From contig JAHEMF010000110.1 of the NCBI GenBank assembly GCA_024643795.1, positions 22,137 through 86,136 on the forward strand: DNA of 64,000 nucleotides. Reading direction: 5' to 3'. Both the position numbers and the translations under genes were made by a program. This DNA is from Bacteroidota bacterium. GTDB lineage: Bacteria; Bacteroidota; Bacteroidia; AKYH767-A; OLB10. Below, piece by piece: positions 8,731 to 19,823 of this stretch (its first letter is position 1; each line of letters starts with the position of its first letter). The notes beneath the pieces are model-generated. The model worked only from the letters and a program-made list of their open reading frames with translations, was not told where the DNA came from and ran no database searches.

Positions 8731-11247
8731 ATGGCACCAAAAGGAAACCGGTTAAAAAAGGAGAAAAAGGAGAAAACGAGTGAACAAGGTTCAGAAAGTT
8801 CGTTCATCTCAAATTTGACCGAAAGATTGTCTTTTCATAAAAATGACAAGTTTGTAAGGATCTCCGGGCTACTCCTCCTTTTGTTTTCTGTCTTTATGTT
8901 CATCTCATTTGCCTCATATTTTTTTACTTGGCAAACCGATCATGATAAAGTTGCAGGCTCGTGGTGGGAGTTATTTTCACAAACAGAAATACAGGTTGAT
9001 AACTGGTTAGGGAAATTTGGAGCAGTACTCTCCCATTTGATGATCGAGAGTTGGTTTGGAATATCAGCATTTGTTTTTGTGCTCATCTCATTTTTGTCAG
9101 GTTTCAGAATTTTATTTGGGGTTTCATTGATGCCCATGTCTAAAACCCTGAAGTATTCATTCTTTGCGTTCTTCTTTGTAGCAGCTACTTTAGGATATGT
9201 ATTGAACAACCAGGGGAACTTTCTTTTTCTGGCAGGTAATTTCGGATATGAGATCAACCGGTGGTTGAGAAGTATATTAGGATCGGCAGGTGCTGGTATA
9301 TTCATATTATTTTCTGCAGTAACCTTTGTGGTTACTGTCTTTAATGTTCGATTCCGTTTACCAAACATGTTTTCAAGAGAAGATAATACAAATGAAGACT
9401 CACTACTTGACCAACCGGTTGTAGCCACGAACGGTAGTTTCGAAGATCAGATCAACGTGGGTGAGGAACAAGAAACCCCATCAAACTCGGCGAAACAAAC
9501 AGAAGAAGAATCACCTGAAGAAGATACAGAAGAAGAATTTGAATTGGAATTAGATACCCCGAAGGAAATTAAAGATGAAAAGGGTAAGGATGAGGAAAAG
9601 AATCTGGACCTGGAAATAGTTGAAGAAGCTGAAACAGTTGAATCAGGTGTGCCGCTTGCCATTGAAACGACTAACCTGGACAATAATGAGTCAGAAAGCC
9701 CTGAAGCATTTTCAGCTGAAGTTTTGGGAGAGTATGACCCCACGCTTGACCTGTCATCATACAAATTTCCTGAGCTAGAACTTTTGGAAGCCTATGGTGG
9801 TAAAACACAACTCAACCGTGATGAGTTAAAAGCAGAACTGGAGAATAACAAAAACAGGATCGTTGAAACACTGGGCCATTACAATATTGCAATTGACAAG
9901 ATCAAGGCAACAGTAGGCCCTACAGTTACTTTATTTGAGATCATTCCTCAAGCCGGCATAAGAATATCGAAGATCAAGAATCTTGAAGATGATATCGCTT
10001 TAAGTCTTGCAGCATTAGGTATCAGAATAATTGCTCCAATCCCCGGAAAGGGTACAATAGGAATTGAGGTTCCCAATCAGAACCCTGAAATTGTTTCTAT
10101 GCGCTCAGTTATTGCATCCGATAAATTCCAAAATTCAGACTATGACTTGCCTATCGGTCTTGGCAAAACAATTTCAAATGAAGTTTTTGTTGCTGATCTG
10201 GCTAAAATGCCTCACCTGTTAATGGCAGGTGCAACCGGACAGGGAAAATCAGTTGGATTGAATGCTGTGCTTGCATCTTTACTTTACAAAAAGCATCCAT
10301 CACAGGTTAAATTTGTATTAGTTGATCCAAAGAAAGTTGAGCTTACATTGTTCAAAACTATTGAACGTCATTTTCTGGCAAAACTTCCCGGTGAAGAAGA
10401 TGCGATAATTACAGATACCCGAAAAGTGATCAATACATTAAATTCTTTATGTATTGAAATGGATCAGCGTTATGAGTTGCTCAAAGATGCTCAGGTGAGG
10501 AATATCCGTGAATACAATGCCAAGTTTGTTAACAGAAAATTGAATCCGAATAATGGCCACCGCTTCCTTCCATTCATCGTATTGGTAGTTGATGAATTTG
10601 CTGATCTTATCATGACCGCAGGAAAGGAAATTGAAACACCTATAGCCAGGTTAGCACAGCTTGCAAGAGCGATAGGTATACACCTGATCATTGCAACTCA
10701 AAGACCATCAGTGAATATCATTACAGGTACCATAAAGGCTAACTTCCCGGCACGACTGGCATTCAGAGTTAGTTCTAAGGTTGATTCAAGAACCATTCTT
10801 GACACAGGAGGTGCTGAACAATTGATAGGAAGAGGTGACATGCTTTTATCTCAAGGAGCTGATATCATTCGCTTACAATGTGCATTTGTAGATACGCCGG
10901 AAATTGAAAAGATAACTGACTTCATTGGTAATCAACGCGGGTATGGTGAAGCTTTCCAATTACCAGAATATGTAGGCGACAATGAAAGCGGTTCATCGGA
11001 ATATGATCCAACAGATCGTGATCCATTGTTTGAAGATGCGGCCCGAATGATAGTTCAACATCAGCAAGGTTCTGCATCCCTGCTACAACGTAGACTGAAA
11101 TTAGGTTATAATCGCGCCGGTCGCCTGATTGATCAGCTTGAAGCAGCTGGCATCATAGGACCATTCGAGGGTTCAAAAGCACGTGAAGTAAAGATCAAAG
11201 ACCCTACTTCTTTGGAACAGTTTTTGAATGTGGACAACAAAGAGTAA
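8731..11247 (+). CDS. ftsK: DNA translocase FtsK/SpoIIIE
   Basis: N-terminal transmembrane helices, an acidic linker, Walker A (GATGQGKS), the motor motif (VVDEFADLIM…IATQRPS) and a C-terminal gamma winged-helix domain. 838 aa. Confidence 0.9.
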   Translation: MAPKGNRLKKEKKEKTSEQGSESSFISNLTERLSFHKNDKFVRISGLLLLLFSVFMFISFASYFFTWQTDHDKVAGSWWELFSQTEIQVDNWLGKFGAVLSHLMIESWFGISAFVFVLISFLSGFRILFGVSLMPMSKTLKYSFFAFFFVAATLGYVLNNQGNFLFLAGNFGYEINRWLRSILGSAGAGIFILFSAVTFVVTVFNVRFRLPNMFSREDNTNEDSLLDQPVVATNGSFEDQINVGEEQETPSNSAKQTEEESPEEDTEEEFELELDTPKEIKDEKGKDEEKNLDLEIVEEAETVESGVPLAIETTNLDNNESESPEAFSAEVLGEYDPTLDLSSYKFPELELLEAYGGKTQLNRDELKAELENNKNRIVETLGHYNIAIDKIKATVGPTVTLFEIIPQAGIRISKIKNLEDDIALSLAALGIRIIAPIPGKGTIGIEVPNQNPEIVSMRSVIASDKFQNSDYDLPIGLGKTISNEVFVADLAKMPHLLMAGATGQGKSVGLNAVLASLLYKKHPSQVKFVLVDPKKVELTLFKTIERHFLAKLPGEEDAIITDTRKVINTLNSLCIEMDQRYELLKDAQVRNIREYNAKFVNRKLNPNNGHRFLPFIVLVVDEFADLIMTAGKEIETPIARLAQLARAIGIHLIIATQRPSVNIITGTIKANFPARLAFRVSSKVDSRTILDTGGAEQLIGRGDMLLSQGADIIRLQCAFVDTPEIEKITDFIGNQRGYGEAFQLPEYVGDNESGSSEYDPTDRDPLFEDAARMIVQHQQGSASLLQRRLKLGYNRAGRLIDQLEAAGIIGPFEGSKAREVKIKDPTSLEQFLNVDNKE

Positions 11248-11249
11248 CT

Positions 11250-11933
11250 TTGTTTCAAACCACAATTCTTATGAAGCTAATTATCAAAGGTTTAGCGATA
11301 TTGGTGATAGGCATTTTATCTGGTTCATCAATTTCGGTTGCCCAGTCTAAAAAAGATGCCAAGGCAAATCAGGTCTTAAAGTCTGTATCAGCTAAATATA
11401 ATTCTCTCAAAACCATTTCTGTATCATTCAAGGTCACAGTTAATGATCAAAAGCGAAAATCATCCAACTCTCAAACAGGATCACTGCTTGTTAAAGGAGA
11501 TAAATATTTGCTAAAGCTGAAAGGACAGGATGTTATATCTGACGGTAAAAATGTATGGACATACCTTAAGGAAGCCAATGAAGTTCAAATAAATCCTGTT
11601 ACCCCAGATGATGGAAGTATTACTCCTAAAAATATATTCACCATTTACGAGAAAGGATTTTCTTCAAAATTCACAGGTGAAAAGAAATCAGGTGATACTG
11701 TTATTCAGCAAATTGAATTAGTTCCTGATGATGAAAAGAAATCATACTTTAAAATTCAATTACATGTTGATAAACAAAAGAAATATATCACGTGGGCTAA
11801 AATATTTGAAAAGAATGGAACTCACATTATCTATTCCATTGAATCATTCAAGGAGAATATAGATGCCCCGGATTCAAATTTTACCTTTAATGCATCGAAG
11901 TACCCGGGAGTAGAAGTGATAGATCTCAGGTGA
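11250..11933 (+). CDS. LolA-like outer-membrane lipoprotein carrier protein
   Basis: 227 aa with a signal peptide. The LolA-like fold pattern (…LKSVSAKYNSLKTISVSFKV…) is recognisable. It starts 3 nt after ftsK ends, an arrangement commonly seen between these two genes. Confidence 0.55.
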   Translation: MFQTTILMKLIIKGLAILVIGILSGSSISVAQSKKDAKANQVLKSVSAKYNSLKTISVSFKVTVNDQKRKSSNSQTGSLLVKGDKYLLKLKGQDVISDGKNVWTYLKEANEVQINPVTPDDGSITPKNIFTIYEKGFSSKFTGEKKSGDTVIQQIELVPDDEKKSYFKIQLHVDKQKKYITWAKIFEKNGTHIIYSIESFKENIDAPDSNFTFNASKYPGVEVIDLR

Positions 11934-11960
11934 TTAGCAAAAAAAAATATCGGAGAAAAC

Positions 11961-11994
11961 AAAAAAGGCTGTAATTAATTTACAGCCTTTTTTT
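11961..11994. terminator. bidirectional rho-independent terminator (GGCTGTAA-ttaat-TTACAGCC, flanked by A and T runs)
   Basis: Perfect 8-bp stem between the lolA-like gene (+, ends 11933) and the giant cargo gene (-, ends 12008). Confidence 0.7.
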
Positions 11995-12007
11995 ATGGTT
12001 TTACATT

Positions 12008-15000
12008 TTAACGAACCAAAGTTACTGTTCCATACTTGTGATGGGTACGTCCAAACACATCAAGGATAAATGCATCATAAACATATACATCCTGTTGTGC
12101 TTGTTTATCATTTTTCTGGACAGTACCATCCCACCCTTTCCGATATCCATCAGTAGTATAAATATTCTCACCCCACCTATTGAATATGTTGAGCGTTATA
12201 TCTATGATACCTAATCCTGTAAGGCTGAATACATCATTAATACCATCACCGTTAGGAGTAAATGCATTAGGCACAAACACTGTGAATTCCGGAATAATAT
12301 GAACTATCTGTGAAATACTATCTACGCATCCATATGTATTCTGTATGAATAAAGTTACCAGATAGTGGCCTGTATCCTGATAAGTATGAATAGGATTCAA
12401 TGTATTTGATCCTGTACCATCTCCAAAGGTCCATTGGTTGAAAGCATTGCCTGAACTGTAATTATTGAAATTAATCACCGGGTTCAGAATACTTGCTTCA
12501 AATGGATCCGGAGTAAAGTTTGCTGTTGGCCCGGGAAAGATGGTGATAAGATTAGGCATCACAATCGTTTCTGTACATCCTTTATCAGTGGTAACAGTGA
12601 GTGACACGGTGTAATTTCCACTGGCAGTGTAAACTGTGTACGGATTCTGAAGTGTTGAAACATCTCCGTTTCCAAAATTCCAACTCCATGCAACGATGTT
12701 ACCTGTAGCAACATAAGATGAATCTGTAAAATAAACGGTTAAAGGTCCGCAACCTTCGGCCTGAGTATGAAGGAAGTTAGGTACAGGCAATGGATGAACT
12801 GTGACCTGCTGAGTAATAGTGTCAGTACATCCCATATCTGAAATTGCAACCAACATAACATTATATGTTCCTGCGCTCGTAAATATGTGAGAAGGATTTA
12901 CAGCACTAGACAAAGCAGTGCCATCTCCAAAATCCCAGACATACCCTGTAATAGTACCTGAAGAAATAGTTGACAAATTATTGAATTGAATGGCTGATCC
13001 TTCACATCCGTTAATAGCTTCAAAGTCGGCAATTGGTTTTGGATTTACAGTCACCGTTGTATTGGCTGAAGCTACGCACCCGTTTGGTGTTGTCATTGTG
13101 AGGGTAACATTATAGGTTCCAGGACCTGGATACAGATGGTCAGGATCCTGCAGATATGATATAGTGTTATCTCCAAATTCCCATAAGTAATTGTAAGTTG
13201 TTGTATCACCTGCAGCAGTAATATTAGAGAAGGTTACAGGGTCACCATCACAATTACTTACTGCCGAAATTACCGGCACCGGGTTGGTGTACACCTGCAC
13301 ATTGTTTGTAAAGGTTCCTGTACATCCATGTATTGATGTTACCGTGAGCGTAACCTGATATGATCCTGGTCCCGGATAAATGTGCACCGGAGCAGCAGAT
13401 ACTGATGTTGTACCATCGCCAAGATCCCAGTCCCAATAGCTAATTACACCATCCTGAGAAGTTGAAAGATCAGTGAAGAATACATCAAGCCCGTCACATG
13501 CATTTTGGGCTGAGAATGAAGCCACCGGTGGTGCATAGATAGTTACATTTTTAGTGATAACATCTGAACAACCGAATTGAGAAGTAGAAGTCAATGTTAC
13601 TTGATAAATACCCGGGGTGGTATAAATATGTTGTGGGTTCGACCCTGTTCCGGTGGTTCCGTCACCAAAATCCCATATTGAAGTAAGGGTTCCTCCCCCA
13701 CTCACAGAAGAGTAATCAGCAAATGAAACTGCATCTCCAGCACATACATCAGATTTAATGAAATCTGCAACTGGAATTGAATGAACATTAACTGTAGATG
13801 ATACAGTATCCACACAGCCGTTGTTACTGCTGACCACAAGACTGATATTATAGCTTCCCGGGGCCGCAAAATTATGCTGAGGATTTTGTTGGGCCGAAGT
13901 ACTTCCGTCACCAAAGTTCCAACTCCATGTACTGATGCTACCTCCGGCCATGGTTGACTGATCCGTCAATATCACCGGAGAACCTAAACATACATCTGTG
14001 GACGTAAATGCAGCTTGTGGTAATTCATGCACCTGAACAGTTGCAAATGCAGTATCGGCACATCCAAGTCCTGAATTTACTACCAGATAAGGTTGGTAAG
14101 TTCCCGCACCTGCGTACAAGTGAGAAGGTGAATTCAATGGAGATGATGAGTTGTCATCAAAATTCCAATATGTTGATGTAATAGTACCCGAAGATATTGT
14201 ACTTGTATTATTAAAAACCACTTGTGAGCCATCGCACACATCTGTTGTTGTGAAGCTGGCTGCCGGCGCCGGATAAATACTCAGAGGTAAAGTTACTGAA
14301 GCTGAACACCCGGAGTCACTTACAGTGGTAAGTGTTACGTTATATGATCCTGCATTGGTATAATTATGCTGAGGGTCAATATTGTTAGATGAATAACCAT
14401 CACCGAATGACCAACTGTAGTTAGTGATGCTGCCTATTGCAATTGTTGATGTATTCACAAACTGAGCTGACTGTCCCTGACACACAGGTTGAACTGCAAA
14501 TGACGGAACCGGTGAGTCAAGAACCTGTACCTGATAAGAAATACTATCAGAACAACCTGTTCCAGTAGAAACGATCAAACTAACTGTAAATATTCCAGGT
14601 TGGGTATAAGTATGGACAGGGTTTTGGGTAGAACCTGATGTTCCATCACCAAAGAACCAGGTCCAGCTTGAAATTGTTCCTGAAGCAACCAAAGAGTTAT
14701 CTGTAAATTGTGTGGAACCTCCCAAACATACAGTTCCTGAAGTAAAGTCTGCCGTCGGTACAGGATCAATATTAACATTTTGGGTTAGTGAACTAACACA
14801 TCCAAGTCCCGAAGTACCTTGTAAAGTCACTGTGTAAAACCCTGGCGAAGGATAAGTATGCGCAGGGTTTGAAACACCTGAATTAAACCCATCACCAAAA
14901 CTCCACAACCAGGTAGAGATATTACCAGTAGCTATGGTGGAAGTATTTGTAAACTGTGTTGATGTGCCATCACAAGTTGTTGATGAAGTAAATGATAAGT

Positions 15001-18000
15001 TTGGTAGCGGATTTACAAATACATTATTTGGGAATGTTGCTGAACATCCGGTTGGATCCGTAATTGTAACAGTATAAGTACCTGCTGTAGATACATTGAT
15101 CGATTGAGATGTAGCTCCATTACTCCACTGGTAAGTAGATCCCGGATTACTTGCATTGAGTACCGTGGTTTCACCGGCACATATTTGAACATTTGATGGA
15201 TTTGCATTTAATCCTAATCCACCGATTGTTACGTTGGTTGCGGCAACTCCTAAACATCCATTAGGACTGGTAATGGCCACAGAAAAATTGCCTGAATCAG
15301 AAACCATAATGGTTTGAGTGGTTTCACCGCCCGGCGACCACAAATATGTGCTACCAGGATTACCGGCATTGAGCGTAATACTGTTTCCGGCACATATGAA
15401 CGCAGGAGAAAGGTTTGCTGTTGGTACTGGATTTAGCCCCACTGATACACTGTCTCTGGCTTTACACCCATTTGCATCAGTGACTTCAACAACATACACA
15501 GTTGGTAATGCTGGATTCACATAAATTGTTTGTGCTGTTGAACCATTATTTATCCATTGATATGACACACCTCCTGATGCTGATAGAGATGTAGTGGTTC
15601 CCTCACAAATCATTTGATCCGGGCCTGCTGAGGCCGTTGGTAATGGGTTTACAAAAACTGTAACTGTATCAGTATTTGAACATCCATTCAAACTGTGAGT
15701 AGTTAAAATATAGGTAGTAGTAGTGGTTGGAGAAACTGTTATTGACATTGTTGTTTGTCCGCCTGGAGCCCAATTTACAAATGGTGTTCCCCATCCGGTG
15801 AGTGTAACTGATGACCCTATGCATATACTCTTGTCAGGTCCAGCAATAGCGTATGGCAGGTCACGCACTACTACTCTTACAGAGTCTGTACCCTGGCATC
15901 CATTTCCATCAGTTACAGTTACATAATAATATTGAGTCAATGTTGGAGTCAATGATATTGTTGCAGTTGTTGCACCCGTACTCCATAAATAAGAAACTCC
16001 CCCACTTGCAGTTAAACTTGTTGATTCACCAATACATATTATCTGGTTAGCTCCGGCTTCTGCCACAGGAAGTGGTAAAACTGTTACTACATCCTGAATA
16101 GTATCTGAGCAACCATGAGATGTGGTTCCGATCAGTGAAACATTGTATGTACCCGGAGTAGTATAGTTGATAGAAGGATTAGTAAATGTACTGGTTGTTC
16201 CATTTCCAAAATCCCAATACCATGAATTGATTGCTCCATTTGAACTGGTAGATGTATTTACAACATTTACAGCGGTACCCAAACAAGTTACACTTGAAAG
16301 TAAGTTGAAAGACAATGCTGGCAATGGGTAAATATGAATTATTCGCGGCCTGCTATCCTGACAACCACCAGCTGTTGTTACAGTTAATGTAACTGTATGC
16401 ATTCCTGGGTATGCAAAAGTAAATGAAGGATTTTGCTGAGTAGATGTTGTGCCATTTCCAAAATCCCATAACCATGCAACAATATTTCCGGCAGCTACAT
16501 TAGATTGGTCATAAAAATTGATCTCCTCCCCTACACAAGCAAAATTGTAACTGAAGTTTGCTTGTGGCAAAGGATAAACATTAAATGGTTGGGTAATGCT
16601 GTCAACACATCCCAGATTACTTGTTACAACCAAAGTTACATTATAAACACCTGGTTGAGAAAAATTATGTGATGGACTTTGTTGTTGTGATACATTTCCA
16701 TCACCAAAGTTCCATTCCCATCCAACAATTGAACCACTAGCTATTGTTGATTGATCTACAAATTGCAATGGCTTTTGAATACAAAGGTCTGCGGGAGTAT
16801 ACTGTGCCACAGGTGAAGGATTCACATTTACTGTGGTAGATAATGTACCTGTACAGCCATTCTGATCGGTTATTGTAACACTATAAGCACCTCCTGAAGA
16901 AACTGAAATTGTTTGAGTGGTTGCACCGTTGGACCATTGATATACACTACCTGCGTTACCTGCATTAAGTGTTGCACTGTAACCGTCGCAGAATGAAACA
17001 TTAGGGATGGTATTCACAATAGATCCACCCTGACTAACCACACTAACTCCGGTGGTTGTGCATCCAAATTGATTGGTTACAGTTACTGTGTAAGTACCCG
17101 GATTATTTACAGAAATGGTTTGAGTTGTTGCCCCAGTTGACCATTGATATGTACCACCTGGATTACCTGCATCCAATGTACCTGAATTGCCTGAACAAAT
17201 GAACAGGTTTGAAAGATTCACTACAGGCAATGCATTTACAGTAACATTCACAAATGCCGTACTACTACATCCATTCGGGTCTGTACCTGTAACTGCATAG
17301 GTTGTTGAAGAACCGGGAGTAACTGTAATTGTTCCCCCACTATTTCCGGAAGGATTCCAGCTATATGTAGTACCTCCAGAAGCAGTAAGAGTAGCTGATT
17401 GACCAATGCATATTGATTGATCAGGAGAAGCTACAATATTTGGAAGAGGATTAACCGTTACTGTTGCAGTATCAGTTGCAGTACAACCAAATTGGTCTGT
17501 AACAACAACCGTATAAACTGTTGTTGTAGTAGGAGTAACTGTTATATTATCTCCGGTCATCCCACCGGGACTCCAGTTGTATGTTTGTCCTCCTGAGGCC
17601 GTTAGAATAGCTGACTGACCGATACAGATCGTTTGATCAGGACCTGCATACGGTTGAGGCGGATCATTAATGGTAATTGTTTGGGTGATGGTTGCAGTAC
17701 AACCATTACTATTGGTAACTGTTAAAGTTACATCATAGCTACCAGATGTAGGAAAACTGATCGTTGGATTCTGACTTGTAGAAGTTTGACCATTACCAAA
17801 GTTCCAACTCCAACCTGTGATGGTTCCTCCATTGGCATTACTGGAATCACTGAAAGTAACATTACCACCTTCGCATGCTATTGCACTATATCCGAATGCC
17901 GGAATAGGCAAAGGAAAAATAGTAACGGGTTGTGTAATAGTATCTGCACAACCTGATGAGTCAATCGCTATCAGAGTTACATTGTATGTACCTGGAGTGT

Positions 18001-19777
18001 TATAAGTAACTGTAGGGTTTTGTGCTGTTGATGTTTGCCCATTACCAAGATTCCATTGCCAGGTGTTTCCTGCACCCGCCGGTGTAGTAGTATTGGTTAA
18101 TGTAACCGTATTCCCCACGCAACCTGACGGAGCATTGAATCCGGCTATCGGTGGTGGATTAATGGTAACCGGCTGGACCAATGTATCGATACAACCTAAA
18201 TTGGTCTCAATAACAAATGTTACATTATATGTTCCCGGACCGGGGAATTGATGTATTGGATTTTGCTGTGTTGACGTTGTTCCATCACCAAAATTCCAGT
18301 TCCAGCTAATAATGATCCCTCCTGGGAGTGTACTTTGATCAGTAAACTGTACCGGACTATTTTGACATGTACCTACAGCTGTGAAGGCTGCTGTTGGCAC
18401 GAAGGCATTGGTAACAACTACTGTATCCTGACCGGAACACTGGCCATCACTAACTGTTACAATATATGTTCCTGCCGGTACAGTTTGAATAGGCAAGGTT
18501 ACCCCATTACTCCACAAATATGTATAATTGCCACTGCCACCTGATGCCTGCACATTAACTGTGGCAAAATCATTACATGCAATCATTTGGTCTGGGCCAG
18601 CATTAACATTTACTCCTTTTACTGTGATACAGTATGAATAGATCTGAGCCCCGTTCATCGGACAGGCATCATCATTAACCCTTACTGTGAAACAATAAGG
18701 TGAATTGCTTATCTGAGCCTGAGTTGGTACCCAACAAAAAGTTCCGGTTGGATGTTGTCCTCCTGAAGATGTAAAAGTTGCTCCGGGAATGTTCTGATCC
18801 CATGTAATAAATACATTCTGATTCGGATCAGGATCATTGGAGTTAATGAAGAAACATAATGAATCACCTGCACAAACACTGGTTGAGAAGCTATTGGTTC
18901 CATTGATGCCGGTAAGCGTAGGTAGTGAATTATTGCAGTTCAAGACTGTTACCTGAATATCTCTTTCAACAGTTCCAATAAGTATTCCGTTCCTGTATTC
19001 TTTAACCAATACAGCCATAACTGTAACTTCAAGGTTAGTAGGAGTCATACATATATCACCTGTAGCAGGATTAAAAATCACATTTGGTGATGATGTCAGA
19101 GGATTGGTAGCGGTGAATGGCGCATTATAACTAACAGTTGTTCCTGCTGTTTGGTAAGGAGTGATCAATGAATAAACTAGAGAGTCACCATCAGGATCAT
19201 AAGCTCCATGATTAAAACAAAACTGCTCTCCTAAACATGCGAAAGGAACCGGTTTGTTACTGAAAGTTGGACTGCTATTACAGCTTACTACTGTATTGTC
19301 AAGAGTTGCATAAATATAAAAAGTGTTTGAGCCGGGATTTGCAATGTTGGTGATCGCAGCATTTCTACAGCACAAACTGTAACTAAAGGTCCAGTCTGGA
19401 CATTGCATAGGTAAAGTAATGATTCCTTCATAGATCCACTCTTGGATACCAGTAAATATTCCGCCATCACACGATGAAACTGCTGAAGGACACAAAGGAG
19501 TTACCTCTTGTCCTGTGCCCGGAATGGGCAAACAATTTAAAGCCAGATTCTGACCACATGATTGAGAAACAATGTTTACATAAACTGAGTTTGGAGCATT
19601 GATACCAATACAGTCTCTGTAAAATGAAACCCTGATCTTGTAAGTGTCGCCGCCCAGGCATTCATAGGTTATGTCTGCACCCATGGCGTGACTTGCATCA
19701 GCTGTCTTTGACCCAGACATTATCAAGATCATTGATACTGCCAGTGCCGTTACGATGTGTAGTAGTTTTCTTCCCAT
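12008..19777 (-). CDS. giant (2589 aa) T9SS type B cargo/adhesin with a Cys-rich N-terminal domain, about 20 PKD-like repeats, and a gliding-motility-associated C-terminal domain
   Basis: Signal peptide. The N-terminal Cys-rich domain (…YRDC…CCRN…DPDGDSLVY…) is shared with the 35480 protein. There are many repeats of the form F.DQS….G.I..W.W.FGDG.TS..QNP.H.Y..PG.Y.V.L. The C-terminus FVPNAFTPNGDGINDVF…NRWGE…TVTLVR is the CHU_C/type B CTD. Confidence 0.85.
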   Translation of the reverse strand: MGRKLLHIVTALAVSMILIMSGSKTADASHAMGADITYECLGGDTYKIRVSFYRDCIGINAPNSVYVNIVSQSCGQNLALNCLPIPGTGQEVTPLCPSAVSSCDGGIFTGIQEWIYEGIITLPMQCPDWTFSYSLCCRNAAITNIANPGSNTFYIYATLDNTVVSCNSSPTFSNKPVPFACLGEQFCFNHGAYDPDGDSLVYSLITPYQTAGTTVSYNAPFTATNPLTSSPNVIFNPATGDICMTPTNLEVTVMAVLVKEYRNGILIGTVERDIQVTVLNCNNSLPTLTGINGTNSFSTSVCAGDSLCFFINSNDPDPNQNVFITWDQNIPGATFTSSGGQHPTGTFCWVPTQAQISNSPYCFTVRVNDDACPMNGAQIYSYCITVKGVNVNAGPDQMIACNDFATVNVQASGGSGNYTYLWSNGVTLPIQTVPAGTYIVTVSDGQCSGQDTVVVTNAFVPTAAFTAVGTCQNSPVQFTDQSTLPGGIIISWNWNFGDGTTSTQQNPIHQFPGPGTYNVTFVIETNLGCIDTLVQPVTINPPPIAGFNAPSGCVGNTVTLTNTTTPAGAGNTWQWNLGNGQTSTAQNPTVTYNTPGTYNVTLIAIDSSGCADTITQPVTIFPLPIPAFGYSAIACEGGNVTFSDSSNANGGTITGWSWNFGNGQTSTSQNPTISFPTSGSYDVTLTVTNSNGCTATITQTITINDPPQPYAGPDQTICIGQSAILTASGGQTYNWSPGGMTGDNITVTPTTTTVYTVVVTDQFGCTATDTATVTVNPLPNIVASPDQSICIGQSATLTASGGTTYSWNPSGNSGGTITVTPGSSTTYAVTGTDPNGCSSTAFVNVTVNALPVVNLSNLFICSGNSGTLDAGNPGGTYQWSTGATTQTISVNNPGTYTVTVTNQFGCTTTGVSVVSQGGSIVNTIPNVSFCDGYSATLNAGNAGSVYQWSNGATTQTISVSSGGAYSVTITDQNGCTGTLSTTVNVNPSPVAQYTPADLCIQKPLQFVDQSTIASGSIVGWEWNFGDGNVSQQQSPSHNFSQPGVYNVTLVVTSNLGCVDSITQPFNVYPLPQANFSYNFACVGEEINFYDQSNVAAGNIVAWLWDFGNGTTSTQQNPSFTFAYPGMHTVTLTVTTAGGCQDSRPRIIHIYPLPALSFNLLSSVTCLGTAVNVVNTSTSSNGAINSWYWDFGNGTTSTFTNPSINYTTPGTYNVSLIGTTSHGCSDTIQDVVTVLPLPVAEAGANQIICIGESTSLTASGGVSYLWSTGATTATISLTPTLTQYYYVTVTDGNGCQGTDSVRVVVRDLPYAIAGPDKSICIGSSVTLTGWGTPFVNWAPGGQTTMSITVSPTTTTTYILTTHSLNGCSNTDTVTVFVNPLPTASAGPDQMICEGTTTSLSASGGVSYQWINNGSTAQTIYVNPALPTVYVVEVTDANGCKARDSVSVGLNPVPTANLSPAFICAGNSITLNAGNPGSTYLWSPGGETTQTIMVSDSGNFSVAITSPNGCLGVAATNVTIGGLGLNANPSNVQICAGETTVLNASNPGSTYQWSNGATSQSINVSTAGTYTVTITDPTGCSATFPNNVFVNPLPNLSFTSSTTCDGTSTQFTNTSTIATGNISTWLWSFGDGFNSGVSNPAHTYPSPGFYTVTLQGTSGLGCVSSLTQNVNIDPVPTADFTSGTVCLGGSTQFTDNSLVASGTISSWTWFFGDGTSGSTQNPVHTYTQPGIFTVSLIVSTGTGCSDSISYQVQVLDSPVPSFAVQPVCQGQSAQFVNTSTIAIGSITNYSWSFGDGYSSNNIDPQHNYTNAGSYNVTLTTVSDSGCSASVTLPLSIYPAPAASFTTTDVCDGSQVVFNNTSTISSGTITSTYWNFDDNSSSPLNSPSHLYAGAGTYQPYLVVNSGLGCADTAFATVQVHELPQAAFTSTDVCLGSPVILTDQSTMAGGSISTWSWNFGDGSTSAQQNPQHNFAAPGSYNISLVVSSNNGCVDTVSSTVNVHSIPVADFIKSDVCAGDAVSFADYSSVSGGGTLTSIWDFGDGTTGTGSNPQHIYTTPGIYQVTLTSTSQFGCSDVITKNVTIYAPPVASFSAQNACDGLDVFFTDLSTSQDGVISYWDWDLGDGTTSVSAAPVHIYPGPGSYQVTLTVTSIHGCTGTFTNNVQVYTNPVPVISAVSNCDGDPVTFSNITAAGDTTTYNYLWEFGDNTISYLQDPDHLYPGPGTYNVTLTMTTPNGCVASANTTVTVNPKPIADFEAINGCEGSAIQFNNLSTISSGTITGYVWDFGDGTALSSAVNPSHIFTSAGTYNVMLVAISDMGCTDTITQQVTVHPLPVPNFLHTQAEGCGPLTVYFTDSSYVATGNIVAWSWNFGNGDVSTLQNPYTVYTASGNYTVSLTVTTDKGCTETIVMPNLITIFPGPTANFTPDPFEASILNPVINFNNYSSGNAFNQWTFGDGTGSNTLNPIHTYQDTGHYLVTLFIQNTYGCVDSISQIVHIIPEFTVFVPNAFTPNGDGINDVFSLTGLGIIDITLNIFNRWGENIYTTDGYRKGWDGTVQKNDKQAQQDVYVYDAFILDVFGRTHHKYGTVTLVR

Positions 19778-19815
19778 ATTCCCTAGTTCTCGTCAAAAAC
19801 CTTTTTTATTACTTC

Positions 19816-19823
19816 CAAATATA
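19816..19823 (-). promoter_or_regulatory. candidate Bacteroidota sigma-A -7 element (TAnnTTTG) upstream of the giant cargo gene
   Basis: The minus-strand sequence reads TATATTTG about 40 nt upstream of the ATG at 19777. Motif match only. Confidence 0.25.

Noticed and set aside
12008-19777. About 20 ORFs of 60-70 aa on both strands inside the giant adhesin gene (e.g. 13254-13436, 15318-15524, 18335-18544)
   Set aside because: They are embedded in, or antisense to, a 2589-aa ORF with a clear repeated-domain architecture. Their translations are low-complexity and uninformative. They are spurious frames.
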